Both the position numbers and the translations under genes were made by a program. A stretch of DNA of 64,000 nt, taken from positions 2,324 to 66,323 of IMG/VR virus record IMGVR_UViG_3300037502_002506. One strand, given 5' to 3'. Below, in pieces: positions 9,139 to 17,619 of the stretch (positions within the stretch are counted from its first letter, which is position 1; the number at the start of each line of letters is the position of its first letter). Below the pieces are notes generated by a model. It searched no databases, was not told where the DNA came from, and saw only the letters and a list, made by a program, of their open reading frames with translations. The DNA comes from a virus.

Positions 9139-9858
9139 ATGAAACTAAAACGCTCTAATGATAGGAAGGTGGCCAATGCAGTCTCCCCAAATGGGAAAAC
9201 GCCAACAATTGCTAACACTTTTGGACTACCTAGTGGTAAGGCTTACTCATGTCCTGGTGAGACCTCTGTATGCGCTAAAGTCTGCTACGCAGGAAAACTC
9301 GAAAAAATCTACAAAGGAGTAAGAGATACTCTATTACACAATTGGAATTTGCTAAAAGACGCAGACCATGACACAATGGAAAATCTATTGCAAGAAATGA
9401 TAGATGATTTCAAAAAAGATTGTGATAAGAAAGACGCCCCTAAACTATTCCGTATCCACTGGGATGGCGATTTCTTTAGCAAGGAATACGCATTCGCATG
9501 GAAACACGTAATCCTAAATAATCCTGATGTTCAATTCTGGGTTTATACTCGTGTAAAGATTGCTGCAGAAATGCTAAAGAATATTGATAATCTTAGTTTA
9601 TATTTCTCTGCAGATAGTGAGAATATCAAAACAGCCGTAGAACTAAAACAAAATCATGGTGTACGCATGGCATACCTTGCACAGAATTTTGTAGCGGGTC
9701 AAGAAAAAATGAAAGAACTAATTTCTAAGCCTGGTGCTAAATGTCCTGAAAATGCAAAACGTATTCCTCTAATCTCTACTAATGGCAGCGCATGCGTTAG
9801 TTGTGGATTGTGTGTTTATAATAAAGCAGATATTGTATTTAGTGCGAGTAAAAAATAA
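9139..9858 (+). CDS. Gp88-like (radical-SAM-related) protein
   Basis: CPGETSVCAKVCYA, RIHWDGDF, C-terminal CVSCGLC. Confidence 0.7.
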   Translation: MKLKRSNDRKVANAVSPNGKTPTIANTFGLPSGKAYSCPGETSVCAKVCYAGKLEKIYKGVRDTLLHNWNLLKDADHDTMENLLQEMIDDFKKDCDKKDAPKLFRIHWDGDFFSKEYAFAWKHVILNNPDVQFWVYTRVKIAAEMLKNIDNLSLYFSADSENIKTAVELKQNHGVRMAYLAQNFVAGQEKMKELISKPGAKCPENAKRIPLISTNGSACVSCGLCVYNKADIVFSASKK

Positions 9859-10081
9859 AATGCGTGTAGAGTATTTATTGATAGCATGGCTAATACTTTA
9901 CTTTTTTATTTCTCAATAGATCCCCCGCAAAAAGTGGTCGGCCCCCAAAACCTATTTTGTCAAGTTACGACTATGTGATTATGTTCACAAAAAAAATACC
10001 CCCAAAACCCTCCCCAAATTGTATTTTTGGTATTTTTCTGCTAAACTTATACTAAGACCCAAACAGAAAGGAAAAACGCAA

Positions 10082-10249
10082 ATGACACTAGGCGGATACA
10101 CTTATCAGGTAGGAGATTTATTTACTACCAGCAAGACAGGTGTGACAGGTCGTATTGAGAAGTTCGTTCCAATGCGTCAAAATGTCACTAAGGTCATGCT
10201 TCGCTTGGCAAATAATCAAACTAGATTTGCTATGGTGAAAACACACTAA
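10082..10249 (+). CDS. Small SH3/KOW-like protein
   Basis: YQVGD...SKTGVTGRI; paralog of next gene. Confidence 0.6.
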   Translation: MTLGGYTYQVGDLFTTSKTGVTGRIEKFVPMRQNVTKVMLRLANNQTRFAMVKTH

Positions 10250-10348
10250 TCTCAAAATGTGAGAAATATCAGGTTTCGGCTTGACATTATCTCTCAAAAA
10301 TGTAATAATAATACAAGTAATAAAAACCAACTAACAAAGGAGAAAGAA

Positions 10349-10516
10349 ATGGCAGTAGCAACAGCAACTTACAAGGTAGGCGACACCTACACCTCACAGA
10401 AGTCAAAGGTGACAGGCGTTATTACTGAAATCAAGCCAAACACAGACGGAACAAGCGTTCGTGTAAAACTTGATGTCAATGGCTCACCTCGCTGGACAAC
10501 TTGGACAGCAAAGTAA
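10349..10516 (+). CDS. Small SH3/KOW-like protein
   Basis: YKVGD...SKVTGVI; AAGGAG SD. Confidence 0.65.
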   Translation: MAVATATYKVGDTYTSQKSKVTGVITEIKPNTDGTSVRVKLDVNGSPRWTTWTAK

Positions 10517-10534
10517 TTCCTAAATAACAGGAAA

Positions 10535-10563
10535 AGTCCTGAGCATGACTACTAAAACTGCTC
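10535..10563 (+). ncRNA. Conserved H-type pseudoknot element, copy 1
   Basis: AGTC-CTGAGCAT-GACT-ACTAAAAC-TGCTC. Confidence 0.7.
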
Positions 10564-10628
10564 ACTTGATTTCTAGCAGTAAAAATGCTAGACTATAAAT
10601 AACAACCCACTAAGAAAGGATAAAGTAA

Positions 10629-11048
10629 ATGGCACGACAGAAAGCAATTAGCGTGAAAATCGCTACAACTAAAGTCATCAAGGCTTTAGAAACAAAACTA
10701 GCACAAATCCAAAAGGATAAGGCTAGTCAGAAATCAAACGAGGAAAAGTTTGATAAGGCTCTAAAGGCTTACAACAAAGAGGTAGCAAAGTTAGCACTAG
10801 ATAAAATCTCTAAGGCAACTGACCTATCTGCTCACAAGAGATACAATGGAGAAGTCCAAGTATCCTTCGCTCTACCTGCTGGAACTATTGACCTACCTAC
10901 TGAACCTGAAAGAGAGTTTCAGAGTTTCCATGAGTGGCAATACAAGGAAATGATAGAGGAAATTGAGAACGCAATTCGTATTCTCAAGATGACAGATGAG
11001 GAAGTAGTTTCTACTTCTACTTACAACGCTATCGCTAGATACTTGTAA
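10629..11048 (+). CDS. Hypothetical coiled-coil protein
   Basis: AGAAAGGA SD, promoter. Confidence 0.75.
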   Translation: MARQKAISVKIATTKVIKALETKLAQIQKDKASQKSNEEKFDKALKAYNKEVAKLALDKISKATDLSAHKRYNGEVQVSFALPAGTIDLPTEPEREFQSFHEWQYKEMIEEIENAIRILKMTDEEVVSTSTYNAIARYL

Positions 11049-11052
11049 AATT

Positions 11053-11076
11053 GAGAGGGGTGTAAAAGCCCCTCTC
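11053..11076 (+). terminator. Hairpin after gene stop, possible terminator
   Basis: GAGAGGGG/CCCCTCTC stem; weak U-tract. Confidence 0.5.
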
Positions 11077-11125
11077 TCTATCCCCTGCGTTCCACGCTAT
11101 TTATAGCAAGTGTCCCCTGGGGATC

Positions 11126-11151
11126 GTCCTGAGCATGACACTAAACTGCTC
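11126..11151 (+). ncRNA. Pseudoknot element, copy 2
   Basis: GTC-CTGAGCAT-GAC-ACTAAAC-TGCTC. Confidence 0.7.
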
Positions 11152-11161
11152 CACCTCCAAC

Positions 11162-11191
11162 TTGACAAATGTCAGACCCCAATGCTAAACT
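11162..11191 (+). promoter_or_regulatory. Early promoter
   Basis: TTGACA-18-TAAACT with TGTCAG. Confidence 0.8.
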
Positions 11192-11217
11192 TAGTATTAG
11201 AAAGAAAGGAAACTAAA

Positions 11218-11490
11218 ATGATAGCAACCGCTATAGCACTACAACAAGCAACACAAGAAGCAGTTCATGATGAAATGACTATGGACATGGCTTCTCACTT
11301 ATTTCACGCAAGAAATGAAATGTCAGATAATGATTTCGCAAGAGCATTATTTGAATATTCTGCTCTGCTCTCATCACTAACAACAACTCTTGTAACCCAT
11401 GTATTATTGACAGAGGAACAAGTAAATGCTATGATTAGTGATATCAAAGAATTTGATGAACTTGGAAAGGATGTAACAAATGGAAACTAA
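11218..11490 (+). CDS. Hypothetical protein
   Basis: Start reassigned behind AGAAAGGA. Confidence 0.7.
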   Translation: MIATAIALQQATQEAVHDEMTMDMASHLFHARNEMSDNDFARALFEYSALLSSLTTTLVTHVLLTEEQVNAMISDIKEFDELGKDVTNGN

Positions 11491-11890
11491 TGTAATTCAT
11501 GCGACGGAGGAGTATCTTCGTAATCGAATCACAGAACTAGAGGAGCGAGTAAAGACTGTAGAAGAGTCTCATGCTCGTGTTGTACAGCGGGATTTTAGTA
11601 CATCTGCTGCACTGAATGCAATGTCAGAGTCGCTACGTGACTGGACCGTGGAGAACCTAGAAAATGGCTCTATCAATGATGAGCAGGCCTTGGAACTGGC
11701 GGAGATTGGTTCGTTTGAACTAACAAAAGAAGTAGAGGCTGAAGTCTCTGTAACTTACTACATAACATTGAATGTGCCTGCAGGAGAAAATGCTGAAGAC
11801 ATAATCAATGATATTGATTTCGACGCAATTGTATATGACACGGACCATGTTACACATGTTTCATCTAGTGTCGACAGTGTTGACATCTAA
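11480..11890 (+). CDS. Hypothetical acidic protein
   Basis: GAAAGGA SD, overlap with upstream gene. Confidence 0.7.
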   Translation: METNVIHATEEYLRNRITELEERVKTVEESHARVVQRDFSTSAALNAMSESLRDWTVENLENGSINDEQALELAEIGSFELTKEVEAEVSVTYYITLNVPAGENAEDIINDIDFDAIVYDTDHVTHVSSSVDSVDI

Positions 11891-11896
11891 ATAAAT

Positions 11897-11999
11897 TTGC
11901 GTGGTTCATGAAAGGCCACGCAATGTGCACGGATCTCTTCTTTCATCCTTTCTTTCAAAGAGACCGTGAGGGACCTGAGCACGTCCACGTAAACTGCTC
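11897..11999 (+). ncRNA. Candidate small RNA: hairpin + anti-SD hairpin + pseudoknot copy 3
   Basis: Stems 11897-11923 and 11928-11968 (loop CTTTCATCCTTTCTTTCA); GGAC-CTGAGCAC-GTCC-ACGTAAAC-TGCTC at 11971-11999. Confidence 0.65.
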
Positions 12000-12081
12000 A
12001 CCTCCAAAAAAGTGGTCGGCCCGTTTTGTCCTAAAATGTCCGATTTACGAAGTTACGATCAAAACGCCCGAATCCCAGGAT

Positions 12082-12110
12082 TTGCTTTTGTCAGACCGCT
12101 GTGCTAAACT
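12082..12110 (+). promoter_or_regulatory. Early promoter
   Basis: TTGCTT-17-TAAACT with TGTCAG. Confidence 0.75.
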
Positions 12111-12143
12111 TTAGATAATAAACAAAACAGAAAGGAATAAAAA

Positions 12144-13145
12144 ATGGCTCATGAATTAGAATCAGAAAAGTCATTCGCTAGTTTCCGTGAACCTGCTTGG
12201 CATGGTTTAGGAACCGTATTTACAGAGGAAGTTTCCACACGGGAAATGTTGTCTCTTGCTAATCTCCAGAATTGGAATGTTAGATTGGAAGATGTTGTGA
12301 TTCCAGAAAATCTCACATCAGATAAATCTTATCAGTATGTTGTGCGTACTAATCCGTTTGATAAAAATCAGACAGATGTTCTTGGTGTTGTAGGTGAGCG
12401 TTATGTTCCACTACAAAATGAAGACCTATTCACTTTTGGTGATGCGATTCTTGATGGCGGTGGTCGTTGGGAAACAGCAGGTTCTCTAAAAGGTGGTCGT
12501 GTAGTGTTTGGCTCTCTTGCGTTAGAGCGTGAGACAGTTCTTGACCCTAATGGCGTTGCTGATGTTGTCAAGACTTATCTTCTTGTCAATACATCACATG
12601 ACGGTTCAGTTGCTATTCAAGCAAGTGTGACCCCCGTTCGTGTTGTGTGTGCTAATACTCTTGCCGTTGCTCTTGGTAGAGGTAAGCGTGGTATAAAGCA
12701 ATCATTCAAGATTCGTCACACGCAATCTGCTGATGGTAAAGTTCAACAGGCTCGTGAGGCTCTAGGTGTTGCTAATGCATACATGGATGAGTTTTCTAAA
12801 ATGGCTCAGTTGATGATTCAAAAAGAAATCACAGCGCAACAGTTCAATGACATTGTTTTGCTTGCGTATCCAAAGCCTGATGAGACTAAGAAGGGTGCAT
12901 TGAAAAAGTGGGAAAATAAAATTGACACTATCAATGACATCTACACAGGTCAATTCAATGGCATGATTGCCAATACTGCTTGGGGTGCTTGGAATGCACT
13001 CACAGAAAGAATCGATTGGTATCGTGGAGGTAAGCGTGGTCTTACTGAATCAATCCTAATGGGTTCAAGTGGTTTTGACCCTGCTATCACAGCAGAAAAA
13101 AATCGTTTGCTACAAGTTGTGAATTCAACTTTAGAATTAGTATAA
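12144..13145 (+). CDS. DUF932 / phage-plasmid-like protein
   Basis: PAWHGLG, WETAGSL, SHDGS, TPVRVVCANT. Confidence 0.85.
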   Translation: MAHELESEKSFASFREPAWHGLGTVFTEEVSTREMLSLANLQNWNVRLEDVVIPENLTSDKSYQYVVRTNPFDKNQTDVLGVVGERYVPLQNEDLFTFGDAILDGGGRWETAGSLKGGRVVFGSLALERETVLDPNGVADVVKTYLLVNTSHDGSVAIQASVTPVRVVCANTLAVALGRGKRGIKQSFKIRHTQSADGKVQQAREALGVANAYMDEFSKMAQLMIQKEITAQQFNDIVLLAYPKPDETKKGALKKWENKIDTINDIYTGQFNGMIANTAWGAWNALTERIDWYRGGKRGLTESILMGSSGFDPAITAEKNRLLQVVNSTLELV

Positions 13146-13154
13146 ACTAATTCA

Positions 13155-13181
13155 ACTCCTGAGCATGAGTATAAACTGCTC
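13155..13181 (+). ncRNA. Pseudoknot element, copy 4
   Basis: ACTC-CTGAGCAT-GAGT-ATAAAC-TGCTC. Confidence 0.7.
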
Positions 13182-13348
13182 TATTTTTTATTTGACAAAA
13201 GATCAAAAAAGTGGCCGACTAAAAATATCATCAAAAACTTTTATTACGTAACCGACTAAAAATGTCATGAATTTTTTTCATTACGTACAACTTGCTTTTT
13301 CCCCTAGATTTTGGTAGAATAATAATAGAACCCATGAAAGGAAATATA

Positions 13349-13510
13349 ATGCTAGGATATACAACAGAGCAGGTAGAAAATATGGCTACTACTTTAAACT
13401 ATTCTATTCATCATCATATTAATAATACTGTATTTGCTGATGAGGATAAGAAGGTATTGAGAGATCTAGAGGATTTCTTATGGGGATTATTGGCAGAGGG
13501 ACGTGTTTGA
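13349..13510 (+). CDS. Small hypothetical protein
   Basis: GAAAGGA SD before MLGYT. Confidence 0.6.
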   Translation: MLGYTTEQVENMATTLNYSIHHHINNTVFADEDKKVLRDLEDFLWGLLAEGRV

Positions 13511-13564
13511 CATACCCTGCCTAATTTGCTAGAATAATACAAGAACCCACAGAAAGGACCCATA

Positions 13565-14311
13565 ATGCCAAATTGGTGTTACAACTATCTAACTATCGAG
13601 GGCAATGAGCAAGACATTGCTAAAGTTAAAGCACAACTTAACCAACCATTTACTAAAATGCATGATACATTCAATATGGAGACAGGTCAAATGGAGTTCA
13701 CAGAGACCTCATACTCTAACCCTGTATTTGCATTCCATAATATATATAATCACACACAGGCAGGTATATCTGATGAGGATTATATGAAGCAACCTGACCA
13801 TACCCTGCCAATTCAAGAGGCTATGATGTTTAAGGGTAATCATTGGTACGACTTTAATGTTCGTGAATGGGGAACCAAATGGGATGTGGCTGTCCGTGAC
13901 GGAGAAGACTATCCTGAAACTGAGTTAAATACAGAGGACGACTGGTCAACTAGTTTGACATATAGGTTTAATACAGCATGGTCACCCCCTGTTCCTGCTA
14001 TTGAGAAGTTATCTCTTCAATATCCTAATCTAGAATTTACCTTGTCTTATGAAGAAGAGACTGGGTGGGGTGGAGAAGTTCTATTCGTGGACGGAAGCGG
14101 AAGCGAAATAGAATCCTATGAAAACAAGTGTAGAGATTGTGATTCAGTCAATACATTACAGTATTGTGATAACGATTGTGGAGAAATCTGTGATTCTTGT
14201 CACTATCTAGGCGAGGCAGACCTAGAGTGTGTTGCAGAGTGTGATGAGCACAAGATATACTTAGACGACGAACACGTACCCAACTACAGAATGGACCAAC
14301 CAAATGTCTAA
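13565..14311 (+). CDS. DUF1281/YubB ferredoxin-like protein with Cys-rich tail
   Basis: MPNWC, WGTKWD, FNTAWSPP. Confidence 0.75.
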   Translation: MPNWCYNYLTIEGNEQDIAKVKAQLNQPFTKMHDTFNMETGQMEFTETSYSNPVFAFHNIYNHTQAGISDEDYMKQPDHTLPIQEAMMFKGNHWYDFNVREWGTKWDVAVRDGEDYPETELNTEDDWSTSLTYRFNTAWSPPVPAIEKLSLQYPNLEFTLSYEEETGWGGEVLFVDGSGSEIESYENKCRDCDSVNTLQYCDNDCGEICDSCHYLGEADLECVAECDEHKIYLDDEHVPNYRMDQPNV

Positions 14312-14510
14312 TTACTTATTAGAGTATATGAAGATACATCTGGTCTCTATTGAACAAGACCAATCAGACGTATCAGAACAAATGGAATCGCTTGACCCTA
14401 ACTCTAAAGACTATGCTGAGTTAGACTTTGAATATAACTGGTTGGCAGGTCAGATTATTGCTACCCGCCACTTTATACAGATTGGAGAAGAGCATGCAAA
14501 CAAACTTTAA
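14304..14510 (+). CDS. Hypothetical protein
   Basis: Overlapping operon ORF. Confidence 0.6.
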   Translation: MSNYLLEYMKIHLVSIEQDQSDVSEQMESLDPNSKDYAELDFEYNWLAGQIIATRHFIQIGEEHANKL

Positions 14511-14778
14511 TCCAGATTACAATCTAGAGGAGCACATACAGTTAGCAGTAGATATGCGTGTGCCTGCTTTAGATATCATGCATGGTGAACTTAAGAACCT
14601 AATGTATGAGGCTGAACTACAACTTGAGGAAGCACGTCGCATAGAACAAGATAATCATTACTCAGACGCTATGCAGTCCATGGAACGTACATATGCTGAG
14701 GGATATATTGACGCTCTTGTACATCTTTATAATTTAACTTATCAGTTATCATTTGCTATCGCAGAACGGGAGGAGTAA
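14494..14778 (+). CDS. Hypothetical protein
   Basis: GGAG SD before MQTNF. Confidence 0.6.
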   Translation: MQTNFNPDYNLEEHIQLAVDMRVPALDIMHGELKNLMYEAELQLEEARRIEQDNHYSDAMQSMERTYAEGYIDALVHLYNLTYQLSFAIAEREE

Positions 14779-14926
14779 TGGAGATCTTGATCGGACTATT
14801 TCTAGTATTAATGGTACTAGGAGCAGCAGCAGGAGGGTATACAAATGAGCCAAAACTATGAGCAGTTGACATTAGACCTACAATTTGATACACTAGAAGA
14901 AAACCCTACTACCGAAAGGACCCACC

Positions 14927-15283
14927 ATGGGAGCACGTTGTACATTCGTTTTTAAGCAGTCAGAAGACCAGGCAGTGGCCTTATACAGCCATTGGGGTGA
15001 ATACTCTATTTATCCAGACCTGGCAGCAGCCCTGCAGCATGCAGCACCACGCCTAGGCGATGAGTCATACTACATACGTATGGCTGTTAGTTATCTAATC
15101 AAGGATAATATTATGGACGAGACGGGGTATGGAATTTATGCCTGCAATCCTAATGACCTGGGATTCATGGACCATCCCGTGCTAATTGATTTAATTAATA
15201 AGACTGTAACTGATGACACTGGTATACATACTATACAAGATTTTATTAACTATCACAGTCTTGTGACGACGGTCACATCCTAG
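14927..15283 (+). CDS. Hypothetical phage protein
   Basis: MGAR...LYSHWG; GAAAGGA SD. Confidence 0.7.
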   Translation: MGARCTFVFKQSEDQAVALYSHWGEYSIYPDLAAALQHAAPRLGDESYYIRMAVSYLIKDNIMDETGYGIYACNPNDLGFMDHPVLIDLINKTVTDDTGIHTIQDFINYHSLVTTVTS

Positions 15284-15347
15284 GAGGGTTGGGTCCCCTC
15301 CGTAATAACGGGGGCGTAGGTAGCACCTTTCTTCTACTTGCGCCCCC
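15283..15347 (+). ncRNA. Candidate small RNA: hairpin + anti-SD hairpin
   Basis: GGAGGG/CCCTCC stem, then 14-bp stem 15310-15347 with loop CACCTTTCTT. Confidence 0.5.
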
Positions 15348-15382
15348 ACCTCTTATTTGATACAATGACTATAAGGAGAACT

Positions 15383-15595
15383 ATGAGAAAACACAGACTA
15401 ACTGACGAGGAGAAAGTTGCCATGCGTATTTCCGCTATCGTATCTGACCTTCGCCTTGACATTGAGCAGGTGGGCGAGTATTTAGCAGTAATCGCACCAA
15501 CAGTTTCCTACAACAGACTTATCACTATCGCAGAAAGCGCACAATACCACAAAGAGGAGAAATACAATGAGCAACACCAATACAGACTTTTCTAG
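15383..15595 (+). CDS. Hypothetical protein
   Basis: AAGGAG SD before MRKHRL. Confidence 0.65.
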   Translation: MRKHRLTDEEKVAMRISAIVSDLRLDIEQVGEYLAVIAPTVSYNRLITIAESAQYHKEEKYNEQHQYRLF

Positions 15596-15842
15596 TAGAT
15601 GTAGTATCTTGGGGGACTTGTGGGTAAATTACAAAAGCGAACCTGAGTTTGAGGATTTCATTGACTACAATGATATTGGTTTGCCATTAGCATTTGCTAT
15701 CGCACAAGATATTATTCCTGCTTCCGAAATGGCTACAAAATATATCAACGAAACATGGGATTTATTTTTAGAGTCACTTGGTGTAAAAGATACAGGATAT
15801 TCTGGTCTTGATGAATTGCTGTCAGGATTTGACAATTTGTAA
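15567..15842 (+). CDS. Hypothetical protein
   Basis: GAGGAG SD; YNDIGLPLA. Confidence 0.7.
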   Translation: MSNTNTDFSSRCSILGDLWVNYKSEPEFEDFIDYNDIGLPLAFAIAQDIIPASEMATKYINETWDLFLESLGVKDTGYSGLDELLSGFDNL

Positions 15843-15849
15843 AAAGCCC

Positions 15850-16918
15850 TGAAAACGGGTCGGTGCATTTTTCTTTGTTAACAAACCATTACGAACCGAC
15901 ATAAATTTTTCCCAGATTTTGGGATTACGATCCAAACCAAAAAATCCCCAAACCATTTACCATAATATTTCTATATTGTCAAACCGATGTTATAATTTAT
16001 ATATGAGTCCAAGGCATTTTTATAATTACAGTAGGAATGATCCAAAAGGATATAAAGCCTTTAGCGATAATCTACATAACTCTTTTGTAGCCTTTACTAA
16101 TGTCATTAATTTAAGAAAGTTCTTTTCTATCTCCCTCCCGTTTTTGAGTCAGATGAAATCGGCAGAGCGATGTGACTTAGTTGCTATAAAGAGTGGACCT
16201 ATAGATGTTTGGAACAATCCAGATGATCCTGGTAATGGATCTATCTTTATAGCAGTCCCGCCGACTTCGAGCGGGGCCGAAAATCCTGGCGGGAATAAGA
16301 AAAACACCAAACCATTACATAGAGACCTATATAAGTAATAACAAACCATTGTTTTTAAGGTTTTCAAACATTTTAAAACATTTTTCCTGGATATAAAACA
16401 TATTACGAAATTATCAGAAATTTCCCAGACTTTTGGCAATTTTTCTGCATAAATCTATTACGAAGATACTTGACAAACCATGGTTTTGCAGATATAATGC
16501 CAAACCTTTTATACATGGTTTGACAGATATGGGGCATATATGGTATAAGGGTTTGGGGATATAGGGTTTGATAGATATATGGTTTGTGGTTTGACATTAC
16601 GATCCCGCCTTAAAAAACGCTCCATGCTCCACTATCCTCCACTTCACTCCACTTTAACCCTATTTAATAAAAATATCAGTAAGATTTTTCTGTGGATAAC
16701 TTGTGGATAACTTTTTGATATACTAAGATTATGAGTCAAATAACAAGATGGTTTAAAGATAAATCCTATGCTATGTATCTAGAAAAAATCAGGGAATACA
16801 ACAAATCCTGGTCTGCCAAATGTTATTTTTGTAATAAGCCATCTATAGACTATGACTGTGAAGATCATTTAATTAGACCAGTATGCCAGAAACATTATAT
16901 TCATTGACCTGTGGATAA
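15850..16918. other. Candidate replication origin / regulatory non-coding region
   Basis: AAACC-to-GGTTT repeat switch, CTCCAC repeats, DnaA boxes TGTGGATAA at 16691, 16702, 16910. Confidence 0.5.
16731..16907 (+). CDS. Small Zn-binding protein (58 aa)
   Basis: CYFC...CQKH; ATG 6 nt after TATACT. Confidence 0.5.
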   Translation: MSQITRWFKDKSYAMYLEKIREYNKSWSAKCYFCNKPSIDYDCEDHLIRPVCQKHYIH

Positions 16919-17191
16919 CTATTCCTTATTGAGTATCTTTTTCAACAAATCTTTGGGGGTAGTCTTATCTTCATCTGACAATCCACCATACTTATGAAGT
17001 AATTTTAAAAGCAGGGTAGCCAGAAATAAATCATCAGAATAAGCCATCCAAGGAAATAATATATCAAACAAATCTACAGGTATGGCTATATAAACTAAAC
17101 AAAATGTTACTGTGATTTTGACCCATAGAGGAGATCTTTTGAATTGAGCCTTATATGGTTTGATAATATCTTTTATTTTTTGCGAGGGCAT
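16919..17191 (-). CDS. DUF1232/YkvA-like membrane protein
   Basis: YIAIPVDLF...YSDDL. Confidence 0.65.
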   Translation of the reverse strand: MPSQKIKDIIKPYKAQFKRSPLWVKITVTFCLVYIAIPVDLFDILFPWMAYSDDLFLATLLLKLLHKYGGLSDEDKTTPKDLLKKILNKE

Positions 17192-17204
17192 ATAGATAAG
17201 TCTA

Positions 17205-17543
17205 TCATGTCTGTCTTATAGCCCTATTGACCATATTGATCAATCTTCTCTTGGTTATTTTCTTGGCATTAAATGTCTCCGTATATCCCCCATATGGCAT
17301 ATCCCCCTTATCCAGATAATGTCCATATCTCTCTCTTAGGGTTTGTAGTACTATAGATTCTATTCTTCTGGCTCCCCGCCGATCTTGAAAATACCAATAA
17401 CAAACCAATTCCCATCCTTTGGTCTTATGCTGGCGAAACCTTTTACCAGTTATATCTCCAACCCCTATCTTTATGGCGTTATATTCTTTATGGTAGATAA
17501 TATATAAGATGGTTGGGGACATAGGCATATTATAGGCTATCAA
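17205..17543 (-). CDS. GIY-YIG-like nuclease domain protein
   Basis: LYII...KIGV...R..QH...E...GYTETF. Confidence 0.6.
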   Translation of the reverse strand: MIAYNMPMSPTILYIIYHKEYNAIKIGVGDITGKRFRQHKTKGWELVCYWYFQDRRGARRIESIVLQTLRERYGHYLDKGDMPYGGYTETFNAKKITKRRLINMVNRAIRQT

Positions 17544-17619
17544 ACATATTGCTCGTTTAGAGCATAAGGGGTTTGTGTTTCTATTTTCCGCCGAACTTTA
17601 AATGGTGTATAATGTAATT

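Noticed and set aside
10535-13181. CTGAG...AAAC motif as a hammerhead ribozyme or 5' riboswitch
   Set aside because: It lacks the CUGAnGA/GAAA three-stem core, and all copies lie downstream of genes; several precede the next promoter, so they are not in leaders.
15919-16597. ORFs 15919..16338, 16149..16439, 16403..16597
   Set aside because: They overlap the repeat-rich stretch, lack motifs and have odd composition; a short real ORF from 16003 cannot be excluded.
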